A stretch of DNA of 64,000 nucleotides from Candidatus Latescibacterota bacterium (GCA_965204375.1 OZ241986.1:3424001-3488000), one strand, 5' to 3'; positions 37,611-48,263 are shown, numbered from the stretch's first letter. Notes: generated from the sequence alone by a model not told the origin. Translations and numbers: made by a program.

Positions 37611-38834
37611 TCAAATAGCACCATCGCTTCGAAGTTTCTCAATCTCTGGCATCGAATATCCGAGATACTCGCTCAAAATCGGCTCGTTGTGTTCCCCCAG
37701 TGATGGCCCGCGTTGGGGTTCAACCGATTCGCCGCCGACCTCTAAGGGACTCGCCACCACCCGGACGGCTCCGAACTCCGGATGCGGCAACGCCAGTATC
37801 ATCTCATTCTCGGCCACATGCGGATCGTCAAAAGCCTGCTCAAGCGTATTCACGGGCGCGCAGGGCACCTCGCCCTTGAGCAGCGCCAGCCAATCGGCAG
37901 TTGTCTTCTTCCGGAAAAGATCCTTCAGAATCGGAACCAGAATGTCCCGATTCTCCAGGCGATCCGCAAAAGAGCAGAACCGGGAATCTTCCGCCAGTTC
38001 CGGCGCTCCCAGAATGCGTACCAAATTTTGAAAAAACTTCTCCTTTGCGCACATGATCACGAGCCATCCGTCCTTAGTCGGCACCACCTGCGACGGGATC
38101 TGTGACGGATGAGAAGAATCGGGCGTCCGATGCGCCTGATACCCTTTGGTCAGGAACCACGCCGCCACATATCCCAGATTCGCCAGCGCCGTATCGAACA
38201 GATTCACATCTACATCGCACCCCAGGCCCGTCTGTCTGGCGCGAAAAATCGCGCTGACCATGCCCAGGGACGCCATTGTGCCCGCACCGAGATCCACGAG
38301 AGAAAGTCCTGTTTTCGTCGGCGGACCGTCAGGCTCGCCCGTAAGACTCATCCATCCGGCATATCCCTGCATCAGATAATCGTATCCCGGTTCGCCCGCT
38401 CGAGACCCATGCCGTCCGAACGCGGAAAGCGAGCAGCATACAATGGAAGCCTTGACCGCACTCAGCGCCGGATAGTCCAGACCCAGCCGGGCCGGAAGGT
38501 CTCCGCGTAGATTGTTGAACACCCCATCCGAAATCCCCACCAGCCGATGCAACACCTCCCGCCCGCCTGGATGCTGCAAATTCAGCGTCATACTCTTCTT
38601 GTTTCGGTTGAAACTCTGAAAATACACACTGTCCTGTTCAGCGGTATAGGGAGGCACGTAACGCGCGACATCGCCACCTGTCTCGGGATTCTCGACCTTG
38701 ATGATCTCCGCCCCAAGGTCCGCCAGCATCATCGTTGCCCACGGACCCGCTCCGAACTGCTCCACCGAGACAATCCTTATTCCATGCAGGGGGGGATGTT
38801 GGTTTTGATCGTGCAAGTTAACCCTCTTCCTCAA
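37611..38834 (-). CDS. Family III CoA-transferase (CaiB/BaiF)
   Basis: AGPWATMMLADLGAEIIKVE, NRNKKS, PGYD, GPSLGEHN. Confidence 0.92.
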   Translation of the reverse strand: MRKRVNLHDQNQHPPLHGIRIVSVEQFGAGPWATMMLADLGAEIIKVENPETGGDVARYVPPYTAEQDSVYFQSFNRNKKSMTLNLQHPGGREVLHRLVGISDGVFNNLRGDLPARLGLDYPALSAVKASIVCCSLSAFGRHGSRAGEPGYDYLMQGYAGWMSLTGEPDGPPTKTGLSLVDLGAGTMASLGMVSAIFRARQTGLGCDVDVNLFDTALANLGYVAAWFLTKGYQAHRTPDSSHPSQIPSQVVPTKDGWLVIMCAKEKFFQNLVRILGAPELAEDSRFCSFADRLENRDILVPILKDLFRKKTTADWLALLKGEVPCAPVNTLEQAFDDPHVAENEMILALPHPEFGAVRVVASPLEVGGESVEPQRGPSLGEHNEPILSEYLGYSMPEIEKLRSDGAI

Positions 38835-39675
38835 GGCGATCCAGAATCCATCGCGCCCGTTCCAGAATCGGCCTATCTACCATCCGGCCATCTACAGTCG
38901 CCGGGCCTTCGTCCGCCCGCCCTTCAAAAGCCTCAACAATTCGCCGTGCCCACCTCTCCTCGACCTCCGTGGGACTGAAAATTTCATTTACTGCCCCAAC
39001 CTGACCCGGATGGATCACAGCTTTTCCGGCAAACCCCAGATCCCGGGCCCGCCGCGCCTCCGCGGCCAGCCCGTCAAGATCACCGATGTCCGTAAACACC
39101 TTGTCTATAGCCCGGATTTGTCCGCTTGCCGCAGCCACCGCCAGCGCCGACCGAGCGTAATTGACCAATCCCTGTCCCGGATGCGAAAAGAGGCCCATAT
39201 CCAGCGCGAAATCCTCCGCGCCGAACATAAGCCCCACCAGCCTGGGTGTAACGGATGCGATCGCAGGCGCCTGAACCAGACCCCGGGCACTCTCAATGAT
39301 TGCCAGAAGCCCGACGCCTCCGGATGGAATACCCGCTCTGGTCTCGTGCCGGTCCAACCACTGGCACACCTGAAGCGCATCCTCTGGACCCTGCACTTTG
39401 GGCAACACGAGCCCTTGCAGCCCCGCACGCGCGACCGCCTGCAGATCGGCGTCCAATTCGGAGGAACCAGCACCGTGAACCCTGACAAATCGCATTGAAC
39501 CGCCACGCACGCCATCCAGCGCGGCAGCGACACGACTGCGCGCAACATCCTTCTCGGCCTCCGGGACGCCGTCCTCCAGATCGAATATCAGCACATCCGC
39601 CGGCAGACCCAGAGCCTTGTCGATCATACGCTGCTGGTGCCCCGGCACAAAAAGCCAGGACCGCATCGACTTCAC
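38818..39675 (-). CDS. CitE/HpcH-family CoA-ester lyase
   Basis: RSWLFVPG, DLEDGV, LPKV, IESARG, FGAED, GKAVIHPGQ. Confidence 0.92.
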   Translation of the reverse strand: MKSMRSWLFVPGHQQRMIDKALGLPADVLIFDLEDGVPEAEKDVARSRVAAALDGVRGGSMRFVRVHGAGSSELDADLQAVARAGLQGLVLPKVQGPEDALQVCQWLDRHETRAGIPSGGVGLLAIIESARGLVQAPAIASVTPRLVGLMFGAEDFALDMGLFSHPGQGLVNYARSALAVAAASGQIRAIDKVFTDIGDLDGLAAEARRARDLGFAGKAVIHPGQVGAVNEIFSPTEVEERWARRIVEAFEGRADEGPATVDGRMVDRPILERARWILDRLEEEG

Positions 39676-40202
39676 CCGTCTTTCTCCTCGTGAATTTCGG
39701 GAAAGGCATCCCCCGGCGGCGCGTGCGCCCTCTTATAGACCATCACGCTGCGAGTCAGATCTATGACGACGCGGCCATCCTGATTCACGCCCCGCGTACG
39801 CACCTTCACGATACCCGCTTCCGGGTACGACTTCGACTCTCGCCTGGCGAGCACCTCCGTCTCGCAATAGAGCGTATCTCCCACAAATACCGGATTCGGA
39901 AGCCGGATCTCGCTCCAACCCAGGTTCGCCATCGCCCGCTCGCTCACATCCGGGACACTCATCCCCACGACCAGCGCGAGCGTAAACGTGCTGTTCACCA
40001 GGATCTTTCCCCACCGCGTCCGGCGGGCGTACTCCTCGTCAAAATGAAGCGGATTGGTATTCAGGGTCAGGTGCGTGAACAACTGGTTGTCAGCCGTCGT
40101 CACTGTCCGCCCGAACCGGCTTCGATAGACTTCGCCCACCTCGAAATCCTCATAGCATCTCCCGGTCCACCCCGGTATCACTTTTTTCTCTATTTTCTCC
40201 AT
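39672..40202 (-). CDS. MaoC-family (hotdog) dehydratase
   Basis: GRCYEDFEVG, RTVTTADN..F..LTLNTNPLHFD, PVFVGDTL. Confidence 0.92.
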   Translation of the reverse strand: MEKIEKKVIPGWTGRCYEDFEVGEVYRSRFGRTVTTADNQLFTHLTLNTNPLHFDEEYARRTRWGKILVNSTFTLALVVGMSVPDVSERAMANLGWSEIRLPNPVFVGDTLYCETEVLARRESKSYPEAGIVKVRTRGVNQDGRVVIDLTRSVMVYKRAHAPPGDAFPEIHEEKDG

Positions 40203-40273
40203 ACCAGACCCCTTTGCGCCAATATAATTCGCTACAATCCGATGTCCACCGCTTTATCGCCTCTCTCTACCCA

Positions 40274-40693
40274 TCACTCGTTCGTCCCTCGGCGCATTTC
40301 AAAAATACGCACGACAATGTACATACCGAGTGACACGATAAAAAAGACGAGCAACATCCACGCGATGGATTGCAGAGATTCGATAATCGTGCGATATATC
40401 TCGAGCACCCAGCGTTCGGTCGTCAGCTCAAAGGGAGGCATATCGCGGGATTTACCTGCGGAATCGAAATGCTCCTGCGGCAAAATATAGCGCTCCAGCG
40501 AACGGACACGCACACCGCCAGAAATACCCACCACAAAAATCGCAAACTTCATATAGCGCACCCACGCGCTTGCTATCGCATCATCAATAAGCCGGTGAAG
40601 AATACTATTGATCGCGCTGCTAAACGCACGCACGGCAATAAAAGACACGAGAGCGGCGACTACGAGGGTGATGAGGAGAAGCGTAAAAAACAT
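40274..40693 (-). CDS. Hypothetical membrane protein (about 3 TM)
   Basis: Three hydrophobic segments; RBS GGAGG before ATG 40693. Confidence 0.7.
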   Translation of the reverse strand: MFFTLLLITLVVAALVSFIAVRAFSSAINSILHRLIDDAIASAWVRYMKFAIFVVGISGGVRVRSLERYILPQEHFDSAGKSRDMPPFELTTERWVLEIYRTIIESLQSIAWMLLVFFIVSLGMYIVVRIFEMRRGTNE

Positions 40694-40706
40694 GGGGGAA
40701 CCTCCA

Positions 40707-43133
40707 TTATTCATGCCGCAATATTTCCACGGGATTGGTATGCGCCACTCTGAACGCCTGTGTACCAACGGTCAAAAGCGCGATTAAAAGCGCGAGCAAA
40801 CCCGAAAACACAAAAGGCCACAAACTAAAAGATGCGCGATACGCAAAATTTTGCAAATAGGTATTAGTAAAAAAATAGGCAACGGGCCAGGCGATCAGAT
40901 TGGCGACAAGCACCAGCTTCAAAAACGCTATTGACACCAGCAAAACAACACTTGAAACAGACGCACCGAGCACCTTGCGAATACCGATCTCGCGCCTGCG
41001 GCGTTCAACCGTAAAAGCCGCCAGCCCGAACAAACCCAAACACGCCAGCAAACACACCAACCCGGCAAAAGCGGTAACAGCCTGCCCCAAATCCCTCTCT
41101 CTCTGATAAATCGCATCGAGTTCATCATCGAGAAACGTAAACTCAAAAGGCTTATCGGCTGCCATAAATGTATCCCAGGTCTCCTCGAGAAAAGGTCGAA
41201 CCGCTAAGAAATCGCGCACCCGCAACGCCAGATAATCGTAAAACCACTGCCGATAGGCAAAAACCGCCGGCCCAATCGGTTCACGAAGAGAAGCGTAGTG
41301 AAAATCTGCAATCACGCCAATCACAGTTCCCTTAGCATCCTCCTCTGAACGCGCCCGCCCAAAACGCCGGCCCACGGCATCCTCCACAGTCCAGCCAAGC
41401 GCGCGCACAGCCGTCTCATTGAGAATATACGCATGCGTGCGGTCGCGCTCAATCCCGGGCGAAAACGTACGACCGGACAAAATGGGCACACCAAAGGTAG
41501 CAAAAAAATCTTCATCGGCCTCCTGCACGGGCATCCGCCACTCGGTATGCTCTTGACCTTCCGGCTTAACAATCCGCACAAAACCACCGCCATCATGCCC
41601 CGGCAAAAAGCGAAAAGCAGACGCTGAAACAACATTGGGATGTTCCAAAAACGCCTGCTTTACAGTATTATACCGTGCCACAAGCCAGGGATCTTCATTG
41701 GTCTTGAGCCGGCGGTCCAGCTTAAAAATAGGCAACAAAACGAGGTGCTCTTTATCAAAACCGAGATCCTTATGCTGAATATAGTCCAGTTGCCGATAAA
41801 TAACATCCGCAACAATCACAAGCAAAATCGCAATGGCAAATTGCGCCACAACCAGAACCTGCCGAAGCCGCGCACCCGGCAAATACGCGACGCCCTTAAG
41901 CACATCAGCCGGACGAAACCCCGAAAAATAAAACGCGGGATATACCCCCGCCATCAAACCCACGAACACGGCAAGCCCTAAAAGACCCGGCAAAATCCCG
42001 AACAGCATCGGCGCGTCAAGAGCGTAATGCGCGTCCGTCCGCGCGCTGAGTTCTGACAACGCGACGCGAGCAATGGGCACGGCTATAACCACAGCGAAAA
42101 GCGCGAGCAAAACCGTCTCGCACAAAAACTGCTGAATCAACTGACCGCGACGCGCGCCAACCACCTTCCGCATCCCCACCTCACGCGCACGATACATCGA
42201 ACGCGCCGTAGCCAGATTGACAAAATTGATCGCCGCAATCGCCAGAACCAGCACCGCAATCGACGCAAAAAGATAGAGCGTCTGAACATTGCCACCCGAG
42301 GGCAAATTGTAATCCTGAACCCCATACAAATGCAACCGCTCAAGAGGCTGCAAGCGAAACGAAAGAATGCGGCGCACATCTGCGCCCATATACCGTTCAA
42401 TAACACCCGACATCTTTGCTTCGAATTCCCCCGCATCTACCCCATCGCGCAAACGCACAAAAGTCTCAATCCCCGCCTGTTGCACCAACCCCCGCCACTC
42501 CGTCCAATCAAAAATAGCCTCCACTGTCCGCCCATTGGTAAAATGCAACAAATCAAACTGAAGGGACGAAAACCTCGGAGGCGTTTGCAAAACAGCGGCA
42601 ACCGTATAATCGCCGCCGTAATACCGCTCGCGAATAGTAATAACCTTGCCTATGGGATCGGCCTTGCCGAACAACCGCTCAGCCGCTGACTCCGTAATTG
42701 CAATCCGATACGGCTGTTTAAGCACATCGGCATCGCCAATAGCAAAAGGAAAGTGAAACAACTCAAAAAACCGGTCGTCAATCTGCCCCTGCGCCAGCGT
42801 AAGCTCCCGCTCCTCATACCGCACCACAACCGGATAAATGCGATTTTTGGACGCCAACTCAACTTCGGGCATCTCCGCTTCAAGGGTCCGGGCGAGCGCC
42901 CCCGAAGTCAGCCACCGCACCTGCGTCTGCTCATTGCTCACCCGCTCTCGCAAAACCCGATAAATGCGATGCACATCCGGATGAAAGCGGTCGTAGCTCA
43001 TCTCGCAATGAATAATCACCATCGCCATCACACAACACGACAGCCCCACAATAAGACTGAGCAAATTGATCAGCGTATCGCGCTTATGCGACCACAAATT
43101 GCGACATGCGATGGTGAAATAGTTGGAGAACAT
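40707..43133 (-). CDS. ABC transporter permease, duplicated MacB/FtsX type
   Basis: NYFTIACRNL, RAREVGMRKVVGA, RRREIGIRKVLGAS, NPVEILRHE. Confidence 0.92.
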   Translation of the reverse strand: MFSNYFTIACRNLWSHKRDTLINLLSLIVGLSCCVMAMVIIHCEMSYDRFHPDVHRIYRVLRERVSNEQTQVRWLTSGALARTLEAEMPEVELASKNRIYPVVVRYEERELTLAQGQIDDRFFELFHFPFAIGDADVLKQPYRIAITESAAERLFGKADPIGKVITIRERYYGGDYTVAAVLQTPPRFSSLQFDLLHFTNGRTVEAIFDWTEWRGLVQQAGIETFVRLRDGVDAGEFEAKMSGVIERYMGADVRRILSFRLQPLERLHLYGVQDYNLPSGGNVQTLYLFASIAVLVLAIAAINFVNLATARSMYRAREVGMRKVVGARRGQLIQQFLCETVLLALFAVVIAVPIARVALSELSARTDAHYALDAPMLFGILPGLLGLAVFVGLMAGVYPAFYFSGFRPADVLKGVAYLPGARLRQVLVVAQFAIAILLVIVADVIYRQLDYIQHKDLGFDKEHLVLLPIFKLDRRLKTNEDPWLVARYNTVKQAFLEHPNVVSASAFRFLPGHDGGGFVRIVKPEGQEHTEWRMPVQEADEDFFATFGVPILSGRTFSPGIERDRTHAYILNETAVRALGWTVEDAVGRRFGRARSEEDAKGTVIGVIADFHYASLREPIGPAVFAYRQWFYDYLALRVRDFLAVRPFLEETWDTFMAADKPFEFTFLDDELDAIYQRERDLGQAVTAFAGLVCLLACLGLFGLAAFTVERRRREIGIRKVLGASVSSVVLLVSIAFLKLVLVANLIAWPVAYFFTNTYLQNFAYRASFSLWPFVFSGLLALLIALLTVGTQAFRVAHTNPVEILRHE

Positions 43134-43142
43134 GAAAGGCAG

Positions 43143-43272
43143 AATCAGGATTTTCAGGATGAAAGGATGATCAGGATACCCCACACCACCACCGCCTATA
43201 AACTGCTTTTGTCCATTATGTTATCTGCATCCATCTGCGTACATCTGCGTACATCTGCGTACATCTGCGGAT
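43143..43272 (-). repeat. Intergenic CGCAGAT-family element: (CGCAGATGTA)n arm, spacer, ATCCTG arm
   Basis: 10-bp tandem units at 43221-43272; CAGGAT units at 43143-43177. Confidence 0.8.
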
Positions 43273-43283
43273 ACTTTTGCAGT

Positions 43284-45218
43284 TCAAACAAACACATAAT
43301 CCTCGGGATCGGGCGCCCGCGTTTCCTTCCAGAACTCGTGCATAGAAAACGGCCAATTCTGCGTCACCCGCCCCGCCTCATTCTTATACCAACTCCGAAC
43401 ATTTGGCGCGCCCCAGGCCATCTCCAGATTACCCGCATCAATGCGCTCATTATACCGATCGTGTACATCCCGTTTGCAATCCATCGCAGCGCATTCCGTC
43501 TCAATCAGCAGCTTGATACACCCCAGGATATACCTCATCTCGCACTCAGAAAAAAAGATAATACTCCCATTCACAACAATATTGGTATTGGGACCATACA
43601 TACAAAAAAAATTGGGAAATCCCGGAATAGAAACGCCTTTGTACGCGCGCGGATCGCCATCCCAATGCGCCTGTAAATCCCTGCGCCCAACCCCCTCAAA
43701 CGTCATCGGCCACAACATCCGACTCGGCTGAAATCCCGTACCGTAAATCAGCACATCAAAATCATAGCCCTCACCCGACCGCGTCGCCAGACCAGATTCC
43801 GTAATACGCGCAATCGGATCCGTAATCAGATGCACATTCTCCCGCTTCAGCGTGTGCAACCACAGGCCATTATCCCACAACATGCGCTTGCCGGCCGGCG
43901 GAAAATCCGGAATACACTTCTGCATCAACTCGGGATCATCGCCCAGCACCGACTCGATATATTCTATAATCCGCTGGCGCACCTTGTCATTCGCCTTGCT
44001 AACCGCGCGTTCCTGATGCGGCCATGCCGGATCCTTTTTTGCCGCGCCGAGCATCCCCTCTGCCGAACGCCAGAACATAAACAGCCGAAACCACTTGGCG
44101 TAAAACGGCACATGATTTAAAAGATAGTGTTGCCCCTCGGGCACATCCGCGTGATAATGCGGATTGGGCTGAATCCAGGGCGGCGTGCGCTGAAACACAA
44201 AAACATCGCGCGCCTGTTTTGCAATCTCTGGCACAAACTGAAAGGCACTCGCGCCCGTACCAATCACCCCAACGCGTTTATCCGTCAAATCGCACTCCCG
44301 CGGCCATCGCGCAGAATGAAAAGCAACCCCCCGATAGCACTCGCGCCCCGCAATATCCGGCAACTTTGGGCGATTGAGTTGCCCCACAGCACTGATAATG
44401 GCATTCGCCTCAATCGTCTGCCGCCCCCCATCTTTATCCTGCACCTCAACTTCCCAGACCTTGCGCTCCTCATCAAAACGACCACACACAACCTCTGTCT
44501 GAAATCGGACATGCTCGCGCAGGCGAAAATCCGCGGCAAACTGCCTGAAATAATCGAGAAGCACCTGCTGTGTGGAAAAATACTGCGGCCAATTTTTGGG
44601 CAAAAAAGAATAAGAATACGAGTGATTCGGACTATCAACGCGGCATCCGGGATACGTATTCTCCAGCCATGTCCCACCCACATCGGCATTCTTCTCCACC
44701 ACCGTAAACGAAATCCCCACCTCTTGAAGCCGATGCGCCGCCAGCAACCCGGACATCCCCGCCCCAATAATCAAAACGCGAAAATCACGCCTCTTATCCC
44801 CGGGCAAATCATCCATCCCCGAAGGCACAAACGGATCTTCGCCATTCAAAGACAACTCCCCTTCCAAAAACGCCCCGTAATCTTCGGGAATCTCCTCCCC
44901 AATCATAAAATTCATCATCTCCCAAACCCGCGCCCGGTCCGGTGCAGGAGGCAAAGTACAACCGCGATCCCGATACGCCTTCAACACCTCAAAAGCGATC
45001 TCCCGAACAACCGCCTGCTGCTCCTCTTTCACACCCGCCTGTGGATCCGCCAGATTCCTCGCCCGTGGACGAATCTCCCCTCGAACAATGTCCATATCCC
45101 CGGTCAAATGCACCAGAGAAACCATCAGCGCGGGAACATTTGCATCCTCCAACGCCACCCTGATCGTCTCGTCATCTTCGACAATCGGTTCCCATGTATC
45201 AAACGCCTTACCAGCCAT
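43284..45218 (-). CDS. Baeyer-Villiger monooxygenase, 4-hydroxyacetophenone monooxygenase-like
   Basis: IIGAGMSG, GGTWLENTYPG, YRGVAFHSARW fingerprint, VIGTGASA; N-terminal extension. Confidence 0.9.
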   Translation of the reverse strand: MAGKAFDTWEPIVEDDETIRVALEDANVPALMVSLVHLTGDMDIVRGEIRPRARNLADPQAGVKEEQQAVVREIAFEVLKAYRDRGCTLPPAPDRARVWEMMNFMIGEEIPEDYGAFLEGELSLNGEDPFVPSGMDDLPGDKRRDFRVLIIGAGMSGLLAAHRLQEVGISFTVVEKNADVGGTWLENTYPGCRVDSPNHSYSYSFLPKNWPQYFSTQQVLLDYFRQFAADFRLREHVRFQTEVVCGRFDEERKVWEVEVQDKDGGRQTIEANAIISAVGQLNRPKLPDIAGRECYRGVAFHSARWPRECDLTDKRVGVIGTGASAFQFVPEIAKQARDVFVFQRTPPWIQPNPHYHADVPEGQHYLLNHVPFYAKWFRLFMFWRSAEGMLGAAKKDPAWPHQERAVSKANDKVRQRIIEYIESVLGDDPELMQKCIPDFPPAGKRMLWDNGLWLHTLKRENVHLITDPIARITESGLATRSGEGYDFDVLIYGTGFQPSRMLWPMTFEGVGRRDLQAHWDGDPRAYKGVSIPGFPNFFCMYGPNTNIVVNGSIIFFSECEMRYILGCIKLLIETECAAMDCKRDVHDRYNERIDAGNLEMAWGAPNVRSWYKNEAGRVTQNWPFSMHEFWKETRAPDPEDYVFV

Positions 45219-45229
45219 CGGACATCTCC

Positions 45230-45371
45230 ATCTGCGAATCTACGAATCTACGGAACGGGGTACAACTGGCCGCCTCTCAGGCCAGTTTATCTACGAACCC
45301 CCCCCATCCCCCAAAACCAGTATGTATATCCATTCGTCTATTCGTCTATTCGTCTATTCGTCTATTCGTCT
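45230..45371. repeat. Intergenic element with ATTCGTCT x5 (45332-45371), a partially complementary CTACGAAT arm and a nested 35-bp hairpin (45253-45287)
   Basis: Direct inspection. Confidence 0.8.
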
Positions 45372-45374
45372 GAT

Positions 45375-46565
45375 TTACGACACAGGTTGTGCAGCCACGC
45401 CATCCGGCATCTCCTCCCGCTCCCGCTGAAGCTGACCCTCGGGATCGACCCATTGACTCACAATAAGCGAAATCAGAGCCAGAACAGCACCGCTAAAGAA
45501 AATCACCTGATAGCCAAAATAGTGCCATGCAAAACCGCCCAAAAGCGGTGCCGCGACAGAAGCGACGTGATTCATCGTCACACCCATCGCAAGCGACGGC
45601 TTGAGATCCGACTCGGGCGCAATCTTGTGCAAATACGTCGTCAGTGCAATCCCGCCAAAAAAGATAATATTATCAACACAATACAAAACGTACAGCGTTG
45701 GCCGATGCGTCACCACCGCGTATCCGACAAACACAAAAGTCAACCCGATATAACTGAGCGACAGCATCTTCCGCTCGCCGTACTGATCCACCAACTTGCC
45801 CATCGTCGGCGCAGTCAGCGTAATCAACGTCTGATTCATCAGCACCAGAATCATCGTCGTATGCACGGGCATCCCGTGAATCTTTACCAGTGCAAAAATC
45901 GCAAACGTAATGAACATCTGCTTCCGCATACCCTGGAGAAAATTCAGCGCATAATACAGACCATACCGCCGCTTAAACACAAAACTCCGCTCGTGGGCTG
46001 GCCGCTTGCGAGACGCAAACAAAATGGCAAAACCACCCCCCACAGTAGCGGCACCAGCCATAATAAACAAACCGTTGTACCCGACAAAATCATAAGCCAA
46101 CTTACAAATCAGAATAGACAACAACCACGCCACACTATTCACACTGCGCAACTGCCCCAACCACTTTCCCTTCTTACCTTCTGGCGAAAAAAGCAACGCC
46201 ATCGACTGCTCCATGGGGATCCAGCAGTGAAACCCCACACCCCACACAAACGAATACACCGCCAGCAAAAAAACCGAATCAACCTGGGCATAAGCCATAA
46301 TGCCTGCGCCCATAACCATCAGCGAAATCGCAGCCACAATCGGGGGGGCGAACCGCACCATCAGCGCGACAAAAAACGCATTCATAAAACCCGACACCTC
46401 GCGCAGGGCTTCCACATACCCCAATTCGTGCGCGTCGATATTCAGGCGATCAACAACAAAATTGTTGTAAAGCGTCAACTGCACGCCAAAAAAAATCCCC
46501 TGCGAAGCAACCGCAAGCGCCAGCAACCGAAAGTCCCGATTCCACTCAGAAATTGGATTATTCAA
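45375..46565 (-). CDS. MFS transporter
   Basis: About 12 hydrophobic segments; GKLVDQYGERK loop motif. Confidence 0.88.
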   Translation of the reverse strand: MNNPISEWNRDFRLLALAVASQGIFFGVQLTLYNNFVVDRLNIDAHELGYVEALREVSGFMNAFFVALMVRFAPPIVAAISLMVMGAGIMAYAQVDSVFLLAVYSFVWGVGFHCWIPMEQSMALLFSPEGKKGKWLGQLRSVNSVAWLLSILICKLAYDFVGYNGLFIMAGAATVGGGFAILFASRKRPAHERSFVFKRRYGLYYALNFLQGMRKQMFITFAIFALVKIHGMPVHTTMILVLMNQTLITLTAPTMGKLVDQYGERKMLSLSYIGLTFVFVGYAVVTHRPTLYVLYCVDNIIFFGGIALTTYLHKIAPESDLKPSLAMGVTMNHVASVAAPLLGGFAWHYFGYQVIFFSGAVLALISLIVSQWVDPEGQLQREREEMPDGVAAQPVS

Positions 46566-46576
46566 AAACCCTCCCT

Positions 46577-46662
46577 AAAATCGGTGAGACGTAAAACGCA
46601 AGACGTGAGACGACCACCCAGCCCCTGCTTTTCATCTGTGCTCATCTGCGCCATCTGCGGAT
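46577..46662 (-). repeat. Intergenic CGCAGAT-family element
   Basis: Minus strand ATCCGCAGATGGCGCAGATGAGCACAGATG...GGGCTGGGTGGTCGTCTCACGTCTTGCG...CGTCTCACCGATTTT. Confidence 0.88.
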
Positions 46663-47609
46663 CAATTCCCCAACGGCTCCCACACATCGCCAAAAATAGA
46701 TCGCAACCGCGCCATATCTTCATCTGGCAAAGGCGGACCGAGAATCGCCTTCACATTCTCCTCCAGATGATCGATATTAGCGGTTCCCGACAGCACCACA
46801 CCCATAGCGGGATGCGCGTTCACATACTTGTAACCCGCCGCGGGCAATGACGTAACATCGCCCTTGACCAGCCATCCCAGCGGATCCTCATCTTCCAGCG
46901 CATCTCGCGCAATCAACCCCTTATCCTTCGCATACGCAATGCGCTCCTTGAGCACATCGGGCCGAGCCAGTGCCCGCCGAACAGCAACCATGCAAATCAC
47001 GCCCACATCCCGCTCCTGACACATAGGCAAAACCTCGTGCTCGGGCGTTGGACTCAACAAATTGTACCCCACCATAGCCGTATCGAACAAATCATCCGAC
47101 AAAGCCATAGAAAACATCTCGTGCTTGTGGTCTTCGGCATACGTCTCACTCACCCCCATAAACCCGAACTTCCCCTGATCTTTCAACCGCTCCACCGTGG
47201 GCCACAACTGCTCAATAGCCTCAGAATAATGGTATGGACGAACACCATGCCACTGCATCACATCGACATAATCCACCTGCAAACGCTTCAAACTGCGCTC
47301 AATAGAATCGACGACATCCTCTGAACTCACAAGCTCACCGCTATTGTGAAGATGGGCGTGAAATTTCGTCGCCAGAATATAATCATCGCGCGGCACGCCC
47401 TTAAGCGCGTTTCCGAGAATCGTCTCACTCTCGCCATACGCGGCAGCCGTATCAAAAAAATTTATACCGAGATCCAGCGCGCGCTGCACCAAACGATTCA
47501 CGCCCGCTTGATCGACACCCGTCTTTTGACCCATTTGCGTAGGCCCACCGCCGCCAATACCCATAATCGAAACCTTCAAACCCGTGCGTCCCAGTGTGCG
47601 ATATTTCAT
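46662..47609 (-). CDS. Aldo/keto reductase
   Basis: MKYRTLGRTGLKVS, GINFFDTAAAYG, SLKRLQVDYVD; RBS AAGGAGG. Confidence 0.93.
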   Translation of the reverse strand: MKYRTLGRTGLKVSIMGIGGGGPTQMGQKTGVDQAGVNRLVQRALDLGINFFDTAAAYGESETILGNALKGVPRDDYILATKFHAHLHNSGELVSSEDVVDSIERSLKRLQVDYVDVMQWHGVRPYHYSEAIEQLWPTVERLKDQGKFGFMGVSETYAEDHKHEMFSMALSDDLFDTAMVGYNLLSPTPEHEVLPMCQERDVGVICMVAVRRALARPDVLKERIAYAKDKGLIARDALEDEDPLGWLVKGDVTSLPAAGYKYVNAHPAMGVVLSGTANIDHLEENVKAILGPPLPDEDMARLRSIFGDVWEPLGN

Positions 47610-47682
47610 AGCACCTCCTTTAGATATGTATCCAATATAGGATATCGCAACATCCCTCGCCATTATTTTAACCAATGTCGCC

Positions 47683-47711
47683 TTGACAAATCCCACATGC
47701 AAAAGTATATT
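47683..47711 (+). promoter_or_regulatory. sigma70 promoter of ssb
   Basis: TTGACA-17 nt-TATATT. Confidence 0.65.
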
Positions 47712-47780
47712 CGTACTATAAGTTATACAGGGTCGTGCCATGATCCCTGAAACGTACACCCAATCCTGAGGAGGCCACGT

Positions 47781-48263
47781 ATGGCACGAGGAGTCAACAA
47801 AGTCATCTTGATCGGCAATGCAGGCGCCGATCCCGAGCTTCGATACACGCCAGGCGGCACAGCCGTATCGAACTTTAGCATCGCCACCAACGAAAGCTGG
47901 ACCGACAGCAGTGGCGAAAGACAAGAACGCACCGAATGGCATCGCATTGTGGTGTGGGGCCGTTTGGCCGAAATCTGCAACCAGTATTTGCGCAAAGGCA
48001 GCAAAGTCTATATCGAAGGCAAGTTGCAAACGCGGAGTTGGGAAGGGCAAGATGGGTTAAAGCGCTACACCACCGAAGTGGTTGCCCGCGACATGCAAAT
48101 GCTCGATGCCCGCGGCGAAATGGACGGTATGGACGGTAGCTATGGCGGTGGTTCGTCCCAGGGCGGAGGGCAGTCAAGATCACAGCCATCAGATTCTACA
48201 TCGGACGACACGGCCGCTCCAGATCCACCGCCCTATGCCGCAGACGACGACCTGCCATTTTAG
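47781..48263 (+). CDS. ssb: Single-stranded DNA-binding protein
   Basis: [33 protein letters not shown], acidic tip DDDLPF. Confidence 0.98.
   Translation: MARGVNKVILIGNAGADPELRYTPGGTAVSNFSIATNESWTDSSGERQERTEWHRIVVWGRLAEICNQYLRKGSKVYIEGKLQTRSWEGQDGLKRYTTEVVARDMQMLDARGEMDGMDGSYGGGSSQGGGQSRSQPSDSTSDDTAAPDPPPYAADDDLPF

Noticed and set aside
44127-46850. 907-aa plus-strand ORF
   Set aside because: Antisense shadow of the BVMO and MFS genes; Arg/His/Pro-rich with no motifs, and it runs through repeat DNA; explained by strand codon bias
46662-48050. Long N-terminal extensions in the ORF track (also 43184, 51746, 55262, 56172)
   Set aside because: They overlap ssb, repeats or promoters; downstream starts with an RBS or family-typical N-terminus fit better
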